Shown: positions 41,501 through 52,294 of the stretch, piece after piece | How positions within the stretch are numbered: position 1 is the stretch's first letter | Layout of the letters: each line of letters opens with the position of its first letter | Source of the DNA: Nemertoderma westbladi | Lineage: Eukaryota; Animalia; Xenacoelomorpha | NCBI GenBank assembly: GCA_032718475.1 | Contig: JAUCBJ010001495.1 | Span: forward strand, 1 to 61,999 | Direction of reading: 5' to 3' | DNA: 61,999 nt | Program-made: the position numbers and the translations under genes | Notes under the pieces: generated by a model | What the model was told of the DNA's origin: nothing | The model's database searches: none | Seen by the model: only the letters and a program-made list of their open reading frames with translations

Positions 41501-44126
41501 TCTGTAACTATTACCTTTATGTTATTGTGAAGAAGAGGCCACCATGTACTTTATGTATTCCTTCTGTAACTATTACCTTTATGTTATTGTGAAGAAGAGG
41601 CCACCATGTACTTTATGTATTCCTTCTGTAACTATTACCTTTATGTTATTGTGAAGAAGAGGCCACCATGTACTTTATGTATTCCTTCTGTAACTATTAC
41701 TTTTAGGTTATTGTAAAGAAGAGGCCACCATGTACTTTATGTATTCCTTCTGTAACTATTACCTTTAGGTTATTGTGAAGAAGAGGCCACCATGTAGTTT
41801 ATGTATTCCTTCTGTAACTATTACCTTTATGTTATTGTGAAGAAGAGGCCACCATGTACTTTATGTATTCCTTCTGTAACTATTACCTTTATGTTATTGT
41901 GAAGAAGAGGCCACCATGTACTTTATGTATTCCTTCTGTAACTATTACCTTTATGTTATTGTGAAGAAGAGGCCACCATGTACTTTATGTATTCCTTCTG
42001 TAACTATTACCTTTATGTTATTGTGAAGAAGAGGCCACAATGTACTTTATGTATTCCTTCAGTAAATATTACCTTTAGGTTATTGTGAAGAAGAGGCCAC
42101 AATGTACTTTATGTATTCCTTCAGTAAATATTACCTTTAGGTTATTGTGAAGAAGAGGCCACCATGTACTTTATGTATTCCTTCTGTAACTATTACCTTT
42201 ATGTTATTGTGAAGAAGAGGCCACAATGTACTTTATGTATTGCTTCTGTAACTATTACCTTTAGGTTATTGTGAAGAAGAGGCCACCATGTACTTTATGT
42301 ATTCCTTCAGTAAATATTACCTTTAGGTTATTGTGAAGAAGAGGCCACCATGTACTTTATGTATTCCTTCTGTAACTATTACCTTTATGTTATTGTGAAG
42401 AAGAGGCCACCATGTACTTTATGTATTCCTTCTGTAACTATTACCTTTAGGTTATTGTGAAGAAGAGGCCACCATGTACTTTATGTATTCCTTCAGTAAA
42501 TATTACCTTTAGGTTATTGTGAAGAAGAGGCCACCATGTACTTTATGTATTCCTTCTGTAACTATTACCTTTAGGTTATTGTGAAGAAGAGTCCACCATG
42601 TACTTTATGTATTCCTTCAGTAAATATTACCTTTAGGTTATTGTGAAGAAGAGGCCACCATGTACTTTATGTATTCCTTCTGTAACTATTACCTTTAGGT
42701 TATTGTGAAGAAGAGGCCACAATGTACTTTATGTATTGCTTCTGTAACTATTACCTTTAGGTTATTGTGAAGAAGAGGCCACAATGTACTTTATGTATTC
42801 CTTCAGTAAATATTACCTTTAGGTTATTGTGAAGAAGAGGCCACCATGTACTTTATGTATTCCTTCTGTAACTATTACCTTTATGTTATTGTGAAGAAGA
42901 GGCCACCATGTACTTTATGTATTCCTTCTGTAACTATTACCTTTAGGTTATTGTGAAGAAGAGGCCACCATGTACTTTATGTATTCCTTCAGTAAATATT
43001 ACCTTTAGGTTATTGTGAAGAAGAGGCCACCATGTACTTTATGTATTCCTTCTGTAACTATTACCTTTAGGTTATTGTGAAGAAGAGTCCACCATGTACT
43101 TTATGTATTCCTTCTGTAACTATTACCTTTATGTTATTGTGAAGAAGAGGCCACCATGTACTTTATGTATTCCTTCTGTAACTATTACCTTTAGGTTATT
43201 GTGAAGAAGAGGCCGCCATGTACTTTATGTATTCCTTCTGTAACTATTACTTTTAGGTTATTGTGAAGAAGAGGCCACAATGTACTTTATGTATTCCTTC
43301 TGTAACTATTACCTTTAGGTTATTGTGAAGAAGAGGCCACCATGTACTTTATGTATTCCTTCTGTAACTATTACTTTTAGGTTATTGTGAAGAAGAGGCC
43401 ACCATGTACTTTATGTATTCCTTCTGTAACTATTACCTTTATGTTATTGTGAAGAAGAGGCCACCATGTACTGTATGTATTCCTTCTGTAACTATTACCT
43501 TTCTAGATTATTGTGAAGAAGAGGCCACCATGTACTTTATGTATTCCTTCTGTAACTATTACTTTTAGGTTATTGTGAAGAAGAGGCCTCCATGTACTTT
43601 ATGTATTCCTTCAGTAACTATTACTTTTAGGTTATTGTGAAGAAGAGGCCACCATGTACTTTATGTATTCCTTCTGTAACTATTACCTTTAGGTTATTGT
43701 GAAGAAGAGGCCACCATGTACTTTATGTATTCCTTCTGTAACTATTACCTTTAGGTTATTGTGAAGAAGAGGCCACCATGTACTTTATGTATTCCTTCTG
43801 TAACTATTACTTTTAGGTTATTGTGAAGAAGAGGCCACAATGTACTTTATGTATTCCTTCTGTAACTATTACCTTTAGGTTATTGTGAAGAAGAGGCCAC
43901 CATGTACTTTATGGATTCCTTCAGTAACTATTACCTTTATGTTATTGTGAAGAAGAGGCCACCATGTACTTTATGTATTCCTTCTGTAACTATTACCTTT
44001 AGGTTATTGTGAAGAAGAGGCCACCATTTACTTTATGTATTCCTTCTGTAACTATTACCTTTATGTTATTGTGAAGAAGAGGCCACCATTTACTTTATTT
44101 ATTCCTTCTGTAACTATTACTTTTAG
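5559..44126 (+). other. 38.6-kb GT-AG phase-1 intron of the ShKT gene
   Basis: GTAGGT at 5559 and TTTTAG ending at 44126. Joining gives G|GT TAT TGT and completes a six-Cys ShKT domain: CDDQVTSCKRWKNIGYCEEEATMYFMYSFCTETCNVC. Confidence 0.85.
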
Positions 44127-44172
44127 GTTATTGTGAAGAAGAGGCCACAATGTACTTCATGTATTCCTTCTG
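6033..44172 (+). repeat. 62-bp tandem repeat array (~615 copies by length/62) derived from the splice acceptor and start of the ShKT terminal exon
   Basis: Consensus GTTATTGTGAAGAAGAGGCCACCATGTACTTTATGTATTCCTTCTGTAACTATTACCTTTAG, head-to-tail with no spacers. The last unit runs directly into the unique exon sequence. Confidence 0.98.
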
Positions 44173-44344
44173 CACTGAGACTTGTAATGTTTGTGACTCA
44201 GCCAAAGCCTATATAGAAGCCAACGAGAGTTGCCATAACGACCACATTAAATGCAGTGATTGGTTGGCTATTAATCCGTCTATTTGCAGTAAAAATGCAT
44301 ACAGGAAGGTGTGCAGAGCAATGTGTGGTGCCTGCACTGTGTAG
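44127..44344 (+). CDS. ShKT-domain protein, terminal coding exon (second half of ShKT 2 and ShKT 3)
   Basis: (G)YCEEEATMYFMYSFCTETCNVC-DSAKAYIEANES-CHNDHIKCSDWLAINPSICSKNAYRKVCRAMCGAC-TV*; phase matches the donor at 5558. Confidence 0.88.
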
Positions 44345-44447
44345 TTGCAACAGAAACTTCAGACGTCATTGGAATAATTTATATTAAAATGTAGTGAAGA
44401 TTTTAAAGCTTTAAATACTATTGGCTAGTTAGGGTGTATTGGTATGT

Positions 44448-44453
44448 AATAAA
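44448..44453 (+). terminator. Candidate polyadenylation signal of the ShKT gene
   Basis: First AATAAA after the stop codon, about 100 nt downstream. Confidence 0.5.
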
Positions 44454-44633
44454 CAAGGTATTTATGATGGATGGGGTTATGAGTTATTATTTATTTACCT
44501 TACCTTATGAAACGTCATTATATATAATTTATTAAGAATTAGGCCCATATACCTACTTAGCTGTACCCATGTAATATGCTCTAATTATTTTAATTTTAAT
44601 CAAAACATAAATTTAATTTAATTTAATTTAACT

Positions 44634-45086
44634 AAATTTTGTAGTCGGACATTTGAATAGTTTCGAACACTAAATATCAATCTATGGAGCATTTCACCAA
44701 ATGTCCGTCTGTCCGTTTCAAGGTATCTTAAGAACAGCTCTACCGATTGCCACGTTTTTTTCTATGAGTAACCATGGGACCCCTCGAGATAAAAAACATG
44801 TTCATTGTTTATTCTCAGTCGCCATAGCAACGGGTTGCTATGCCTCCGGGTTTAGACAAAACCTATAGGCCTACAAAGAGCGGGTTTTCTTGAAAACCAG
44901 CGCGATCCGAGGTAAAAAATAAAATGAGTACTGCCTTGCACATTGTCAACATCATCAATAACCGATGGCGTTCTTCGTTCTTAAGATACCTTGAAACGGA
45001 CAAACAGACACACGTACATTTGGTGAATTGCTCCATAGCTTGTAATTTAGTGTTCAAAACTATTCAAAAGTCCGGCTACAAAATTT
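44634..45086. mobile_element. Non-autonomous foldback/MITE-like element with ~100-bp imperfect terminal inverted repeats
   Basis: 44634-44735 (AAATTTTGTAGTCGGAC...CAAGGTATCTTAAGAAC) is the reverse complement of 44977-45086 (GTTCTTAAGATACCTTG...GTCCGGCTACAAAATTT). No clear TSD. Confidence 0.75.
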
Positions 45087-47094
45087 CGAAACATTTTACA
45101 TGGGTAGGGCCTACATTTTTTTTTTGATCACCATGTCGTTATGATAGGGGGAGGATCGACTTTCAACGCAATCAAACTTCATCCCACAGTAAATTATGGA
45201 TTCCCACACACAAATGCAAACTAAAATATAAATCAATCATTATTTTTTAAATTTTCATATCTCTTGCAATCTTATTGTGTCAAACTACTGTACATACATA
45301 ATTACCACGAATTGAAACTTTTTCTGTAGTTCTGTAGGGCTAATTTCATTTATAAACTCATAAACTATATTGTAGTATGTTTTACTGGGGGAATCCTATT
45401 TTTATTTGCCAGTAATATGAGATATCGGTGTTTAACAGCCACCCATCAGTTCTGTTTTGTAAATCATTGAACCGTTCCAGCAGTAGACTGCTTTCATTCA
45501 CACAAGAACCAGACTAAATCCCCAATCCTACATCATGTCTAACAACATTGTTAACCGGCAAAGAACACCACTTATTAATCTGTGAGCTTCATTGGGTTCA
45601 CCAGCAGTTAAACAAAACTAAAAGTCAATTATAATATTGAATATTTCGAAGCACTGCAACGGAAATTATAAATGAGTTTATGAAAGTTTATAAACTTTGA
45701 TTCAATTTGATTTTTTTTTAATTTTAAATAATTTGATTTAAAAGATGTAAGATTTATATAGGCTTTGTAATTATTTTCATGTTTTAGCATCTTTTACCGA
45801 TAAGTTCAATACAATAATAGTTATACGGTAAGTGTGTTACGTTTAGCTACTGTAATAATTATTTATTGCATGGTAAATAAATTAGAACATTATTTTCATT
45901 ATGTTCGATGCGTTTTATTTACCGAGCCTAGTTGTTTTAATTAAGAATCGAGTACAGCAGAAATATTCTTTACGTTAATTAACATCCAATATGCCGTTTA
46001 TATTTTTAATTGGTATACATTACTGTAGGTGCTAGCAGAAGGGGGGGGGGGGGGCATCAAAATGGGAAAGTGGACACAAATAAATAAATAAAAAATTTGT
46101 CTAATGGTTTTGATTGATTGATTGATTGATTTTATTTGACTATCATCACATATTGACAAAACGACATAGTTATTGGGTATAGATTATATACATATGGGGT
46201 GATATGGATAGTCTGGGTGACAACCTAATAGCAGAGCTTTGGTTTTGGTTTGAATACTGTCAATGCATCCTGCTCCTTCCCAATAATATAAAACGGTTAT
46301 ATATATAAATACAACAAAACAAGTTTTATAAATTAAACGCCGCAATAAAACTTTATTTGTAACTACAGTATTTTATGAATTTATATTTAATTAAATATAC
46401 TTAGTAACTTTAGTGATAAATCTCAAAATATATATAAACCAGATAAATAAACCAGCATATCTGTAGGATGCACAATAATGTATTGAATATGTTATAATAA
46501 TATATTTATAATCTAAGTATATATACAGTGTTAAAAAGTATTAAATTTATTTTTTTTAATTTAATTAAAAAATTTCATTTCATCGTTAGTTAGGGATTCC
46601 TTGTCAGTGTGATTTACGGTCTGTGTAACCACGAAGTATGCAAGGAGGTGAACAAACACTGGAGTCGACATAGGCGAGATGTCTTAGCCAATCAACAGTT
46701 CCGACCAGAAACCGAAACCAAACAGAAAACCAACGCCTTACTAAACTAAACTCAATGAAATAGAAACTGGCTTATAAAGTAGAACTACAGTTTTCTTTTC
46801 ACTGTTAACCATTCCGGTCTTTTATAATGTGTCTTGTATTGTATTGCGCATAAGTAAGAACGTCATTTAAAAAATTATATTTAAAATTAAATACATTAAA
46901 AAATATTTAAATTGAATTTAAATATTAATTTCATATTTATAATAGAATAATTTGTATTACAGTACTGGTGTAATACAGTATTAATTGTATTTATCAATAA
47001 TTTCTAAAATAATACGGTAAACCTAGGCTCGATAATAAGTAGATATTACTAATACTGTATTTTTGTAATTCAGTTAATATATTTTTTATTAATA

Positions 47095-47541
47095 ATGGGT
47101 TGCTGCCCAAGTTCCTTCGACCGGAGCTGTATGAGACAACAGAATCAGCATCGAGCCAAACATGGGGCCACTCCGCTCAGTTGGAGTTCATCGTGCGCTT
47201 GTCACGCTCAATGTCACGCCTCCAAACTCGCTCGCAAAAACCAACTCAGTCACAGTTCCACCAAGAAATACGGCGAAAATCTAGCAATGAAATCAGGTCG
47301 TAATATCAAAGGCAAAGAAATCGCGGATATGTGGTATGCTGAGAACAGCAAGTACAGCTATGGAGGGGATACAGCCCAACCCGGTACCGGCCATTTTACT
47401 CAGGAAGTCTGGAAGTCGACTCGGCACTGCGGTATCGGCTCTTCTCGGACCAGAGATGGAAAGCTCATTGTGGTCGCGAATTATAAGTCACCTGGAAACG
47501 TTCAAGGGAAGTTCAGAGACAATGTCGGTAGACCCAAGTAG
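47095..47541 (+). CDS. CAP/SCP superfamily protein, GAPR-1/GLIPR2-like
   Basis: 148 aa with NQHRAKHG..PLSWS, LSHS..YGENLA, WYAE, GTGHFTQEVWKSTRHCGIG, VVANYKSPGNVQG. No signal peptide; N-terminal MGCCPS. Confidence 0.92.
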   Translation: MGCCPSSFDRSCMRQQNQHRAKHGATPLSWSSSCACHAQCHASKLARKNQLSHSSTKKYGENLAMKSGRNIKGKEIADMWYAENSKYSYGGDTAQPGTGHFTQEVWKSTRHCGIGSSRTRDGKLIVVANYKSPGNVQGKFRDNVGRPK

Positions 47542-48855
47542 TGAGAAATTATGAGAAAACTAATAATTGTTGACATTTAGAATACCTAAAAACATTGGAT
47601 TGTAGTTATTGCACAACAATAGTTAATACTGTAGTTGTCTTAGATTAATTGTAATTTAGAGGTAATTAGCAGATGCACGTTAAATCTAATATAGGTTGGC
47701 TTATAGTATTATTGGTGTACAGAAATTGTGTACCAGAGGATTGGTACCGCTTATGTACATATTATTCAAATAACTTTTTTGCATATCAATCCAATTTTAG
47801 ACTGAGCAATGTTTTTAGAAAATTCATTTGTTTATTGCGTATTCAATATTTCCACAGAAATATTATAACACATCAAAAAGTACCTCCTAACATGATTGGT
47901 CTCTCCGCAATGTGTACCATTAGTTTTACTGACATAAATAGTACAATTGCACGCTAATTCAATTGGAGGTCCGGCTCCAAGGAAATTACCAAGAAAAAGC
48001 CAGCCAACAATCTAAACAACAAACTAAAATAAAAAATAAAAGCACCTTGGGTAACATTGACCTCCTTTTGGTTTTCTTGTTGTTATTGAAAATATAGCGT
48101 CAGCCCTTATGCCGCTGCGCATCTAATTCAATTCAGAGTATGTTAATCTACTATAACGTATACAGTATATGAACTAAGGTCAACCATTTTCTTACAGGAG
48201 TTTTTATATAAACGAACATATGTGTACAACTCCGTTTACTTTTTAATAGATGATGGATACGAATAAGCGAATAATAACGAATCGCGATTATAATATCGAA
48301 TCCGAATAAGCACTGCACTCTAGTGAAAGTGACATTCATCGTCTATTCTATTTTTTTGTGCTTGTGTTCAACTATTTGATCTATAATTGTCTTTGCTGTC
48401 GCTTCTTACCGGTGTGCTAGTTTCTATTAAAACCCCCTGAAAAAAGACTCCTTGGTTGGGAATGAGGTCTAATCTAGGTTGAAATGAATGTCCTTCGAAG
48501 GTTTGTGGACTAGATTGAGGATACGTTACACACATCGCTCGTTCCTCATTGTACCCATGTTTCCATTCTTGCCGATCAGTGAAGTGGATACTTAGCTATT
48601 ACTTACTAACAAAGACATGAGTTCGATCCCGTATTTTTGTTTATTTATTTTTTACATTTATTTAATATTGTTTGGCCTACTTAGTAATCACTCACAAACA
48701 TCAATTACTTAAAAACAATAGTTTTATACAGAGATGTACTATAGAAGGGGCTACGTTTAATACAACAAGAAACGTCCTAGACTGTCCTAAACCATGTCAA
48801 ACCCATTCATAACCTAGGCAATCTAAGTTCCCGGTGAACTTAGATCCTAAGCCAT

Positions 48856-49187
48856 GGGGGTTTTCCTGGTCGCTGATTTTATTTTTGAGGTCAGTTTTCA
48901 CTTTTAATGAAATTTAGTTAGTCCCTATGTCTGTCTGTCGGTCTTTCTGACTATCCGACAATCTGTCCGTCAAGTATAAGAAAAGAGCACGACATCTAGC
49001 TAAAGGTACAGTTATACTAGGGGTTTTCGTGGCCGCAGAGTTCATTTCGAGTGTCAGTTTTAACATTCAACATTTTAACACTTCCCAATTGACTGACAAA
49101 TTAACTGACAGCCATGCAGACAGAAAAGACCTAATAATTTTAATACTGACATCAGAAATTAAGTTGCGGTCCAAGTCCAAGAAAACC
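48856..49187. repeat. Degenerate interspersed repeat with internal direct and inverted copies of a ~43-bp motif
   Basis: GGGGTTTTC(C/G)TGG.CGC.GA.TT.ATTT..AG.GTCAGTTTT near 48856 and 49020, a degenerate inverted copy near 49142-49187, and (CTGT)n-like tracts. Confidence 0.45.
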
Positions 49188-49794
49188 GATATGGAGGATT
49201 TTTAAGATAGATAGAACAGTAGTATGCTTTCTATTGTTTTGGAGACATACTGACAGTGACGGTCAGGCCGACAGTCAAACGGACAGACAGCCATATCTAG
49301 AGCAGTAGAGAAGCACGACGGATCTTGCTAAACGGTTTTCAAATTTGGAATCTTGGAAAAAAAAATCTGCTCTAGAAGAAATAGAAAAAAATTGATTGCC
49401 AGTACTCCCCACCCCCTCCCCACCTAACAATTCCACACCCACAAACATACAGGACAGGGAGACAGTTTACGCCGGGTTCGGTTCTGCTGCAGTGCTACAC
49501 CCACCACGCCAGCACAGACTACGCAATGTTGTTTACTGGTAATTCTACGGTAAGTCTGGTAAGTCTAATTTTGCACTGTGTCTAACCAACACCCACTTTC
49601 GTTGTTTCAAATACATTACCTCGGACAGTCAGACCTTGCACTTTTAATTCGATATCGTGCAAAATTACAGCGTAGGCCTACTTTTTACAAATCCGAACAC
49701 AAGGCTAGAAGACGTTGCTATTTCTCTTATCAAACTAGCTAAATGCTAACATTTAGGTTGTCTGGTACCAGTATTGCTGCAGTTAAGTGTTGTA

Positions 49795-49903
49795 CTGTGG
49801 GGCGAGCCACGAAGTGAGTGAGCCTTAGCGTAGGGGTACCATTAATCAACCTGTGGGGCGAGCCACGAAGTGAGTGAGCCTTAGCGTAGTGGTACCATTA
49901 ATC
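49795..49903. repeat. Two-copy ~56-bp tandem duplication
   Basis: CTGTGGGGCGAGCCACGAAGTGAGTGAGCCTTAGCGTAG(G/T)GGTACCATTAATC occurs twice. Confidence 0.85.
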
Positions 49904-50345
49904 CGCCAATCCTTGATGAAATCTATCCAAACTTGGTACACATGTTGTTTGGCAAAAGTTTGAAAATTTTCCATGTAGAATTTGCGTGGGGCCTTCGTGC
50001 AGCATCAGTGTAACTGTTATTGCAGTTATAATAAATTTATTTATCCAAATTTAAAATGCGTTAAATTATTATTACTGTAGGATAAATCAGCTGGGTTTCT
50101 GACAAATTTTGCAATTCTGCATGTACCATGTGTACCGGTACTGTCAGGCTGTACTCAATCCCTGAATCGAGAATCCTGCAATCAGTCAATACTGCAATAC
50201 ACGTCAGCCGGTACCATACACTGCAGACATGCATATCATGTAATCTAATTAAACATGGCCCCGGAACCCTTGCGGTGATTATAGTTTAGGCCTAATTAGC
50301 CCAGTACCGGCACCGGTAATAATAATATAATAGTTTAGATAGTTA

Positions 50346-50670
50346 TGTAATGAGGGCCTTCTCCCTCCAACCCGGCTCTAGCACGGCTGCTATATTTGAA
50401 CTGTCAACAAAACAATACAGCAATAATAAGCATGATATTTATTACCAAAGTATAATATTAATAAGCAGAGAATAAGAATATGTGATTCACTTAACTGTAT
50501 AACAACCTACCGGTCAGCGGTCAACCGCTACCGGTACAAGCAGTAACCTACTTCGTATGGTACTGCAGTACTGCCTTCCTAGTCTGCTAGTTTACAACAT
50601 AACTACATACAACATAACATAACTGCACTCTGCATTCTTGGTACCGATCATACAGTACATTTCTATTACA
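50346..50670 (-). repeat. 3' LTR (325 bp)
   Basis: TGTAATGAGG...CTATTACA; preceded on the minus strand by purine-rich ACGGGGCGGA. Confidence 0.95.
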
Positions 50671-50971
50671 TCCGCCCCGTTATAAAAAGATCGACCCGAT
50701 CTTTACAATAATAAAATAAATGAAATACATAATTAAATTAAATCATAAGTCACCAACAAATTTACTTTCAGTTTCGAAAATTCCAATGTTAACTATCAAC
50801 ACCTTAATTATTATAACCAAAGATAAAAAAAAATACACATATACCCAATTCAACAATTAATAATTGCATCATTATTTCGTTATTATTACATTTTGTTATA
50901 CACCAATTAATGAATTATTCTTACAAACAACAAAAAAAAACTAAAAATATTACTAATTTATTTATTATCCC

Positions 50972-52294
50972 TCAATCTTCACAAAACCATAATTCTGAAT
51001 CCGGTTCACCTTCTAACCCAACACAATGAAAATGGAACCATTCTAAACAACCATCGCACCCAACCATTGATGGTCCTTCGTCAAACCATGGAATACCGCA
51101 TATGGGGCACGGTAAAACATATGTTTCACCATCAAAAGGTGGATTTTCCGTGCTGCGTGCAGCGTCTACTTCACGTCCTAATACTGCGTCAGTCGGACGT
51201 GGAGTAATGGTTTCATTTGTGTGTAGTGATGGTAAGTAAGGACCTACTCGCAATCTGACGTCATCTCGACTTATCGTTTTCGTTTTAGAATCTCTCATTC
51301 CACCAATTTTAACATTCTTTGAGTCCAATTCTACAACTCTAAATGGTTCAGAAAACTTTGGAGCAAGTTTCCTATCTGTCCCGGTTAAATCACTGTGATG
51401 TCTACACCACACGAGATCACCAACTTTAATTAGTTCGTCACGTACATTCTTATTATAATTTCGTCTCTGTGTCAACTGTGCTCTGCCTATGCATTCCTTC
51501 GCCAATTTCCAAATCTCCGTCATCTGTTCACCTATTATCTGGGCTCGCTCATCAGGTTTAATATTATTTGATGTCCTTATAATCAAGTTACCTACGGGAC
51601 GTCTAGCTTCATAACCATGTAATGTATAAAAAGGTGTTTGGTTCGTCGACGTGTGAATTGTATTATTATATGCAAATTGCGTCATTAATAACAATTCGTC
51701 CCAATTCCTCGACTTGTGATCTGTCAATGTCCGTAAGAGTCTAATGACAGTCTGAATAGTCCGTTCAGCCAACCCATCAGCCTGTGGATGGTATGGGACT
51801 GTGAATGTCTTCAATGATCTACATCGTTTCGTAATTTCATCTATTAACGTCGACCTAAAATTCGGTCCTTGATCTGATAATAATAATTCTGGTGCACCAA
51901 ATCTCAACACAATTCGATTAATAAATGCACTAGCTGTTTCAGCAGCTGTTGAATTAAATAAAGGCACAAATTCACAATATTTACTTAAATAATCAACAAA
52001 AATACCAATGTACTGGTAATTATTAAATGTGGGTCTAAAAGGTCCAAGTAGATCTACACCAACTCGTTCAAATGGGCGATCTACTTGAATAGATTCCATC
52101 TCATATTTATTTCGAATATCTCTACACGTAGCACAAATATGACAACTCTTATAAAATTTATCAACATCGCTTACATGCCTCTCCAATAATAAAATCGAAG
52201 CATTGTATTGTACATCTTGGAGGTCGCAAAATGACCAGCTGAACAATTTTTGTGATATGCCTCTAGTAACACTGTCCGTAAACAACGTGGTCAC
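50972..52294 (-). pseudogene. pol: Integrase fragment (DDE core, GPY/F-like region, C-terminal PHD finger)
   Basis: VGVDLLGP, LLSDQGPNF, YHPQADGLAER, KLAPKFSEPFRV, then CPIC..MVGCDGCLEWFHFHCVGL..WFCED*. Out of frame with the upstream RT-RH piece. Confidence 0.9.

Noticed and set aside
6090-44110. U12-type splice signals (GTATTCCTT resembling GTATCCTT; TTCCTTCTAAC resembling TTCCTTAAC)
   Set aside because: Neither matches the strict U12 consensus, the sequence is explained by codons for MYSF, and the real donor GTAGGT is U2-type.
6033-44172. CRISPR array
   Set aside because: Units are head-to-tail with no unique spacers, there are no cas genes, and the context is eukaryotic.
46041-46131. Poly-G run and (ATTG)n tract
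   Set aside because: Ordinary simple repeats with no supporting structure.
44344-47095. ShKT and CAP regions forming one CRISP-like gene
   Set aside because: The ShKT frame has its own stop and poly(A) signal, the CAP ORF has its own MG start, and the domain order is opposite to CRISP.
47673-48339. ORFs 47673-47957 and 48151-48339
   Set aside because: AT-rich, no motifs, lengths expected by chance.
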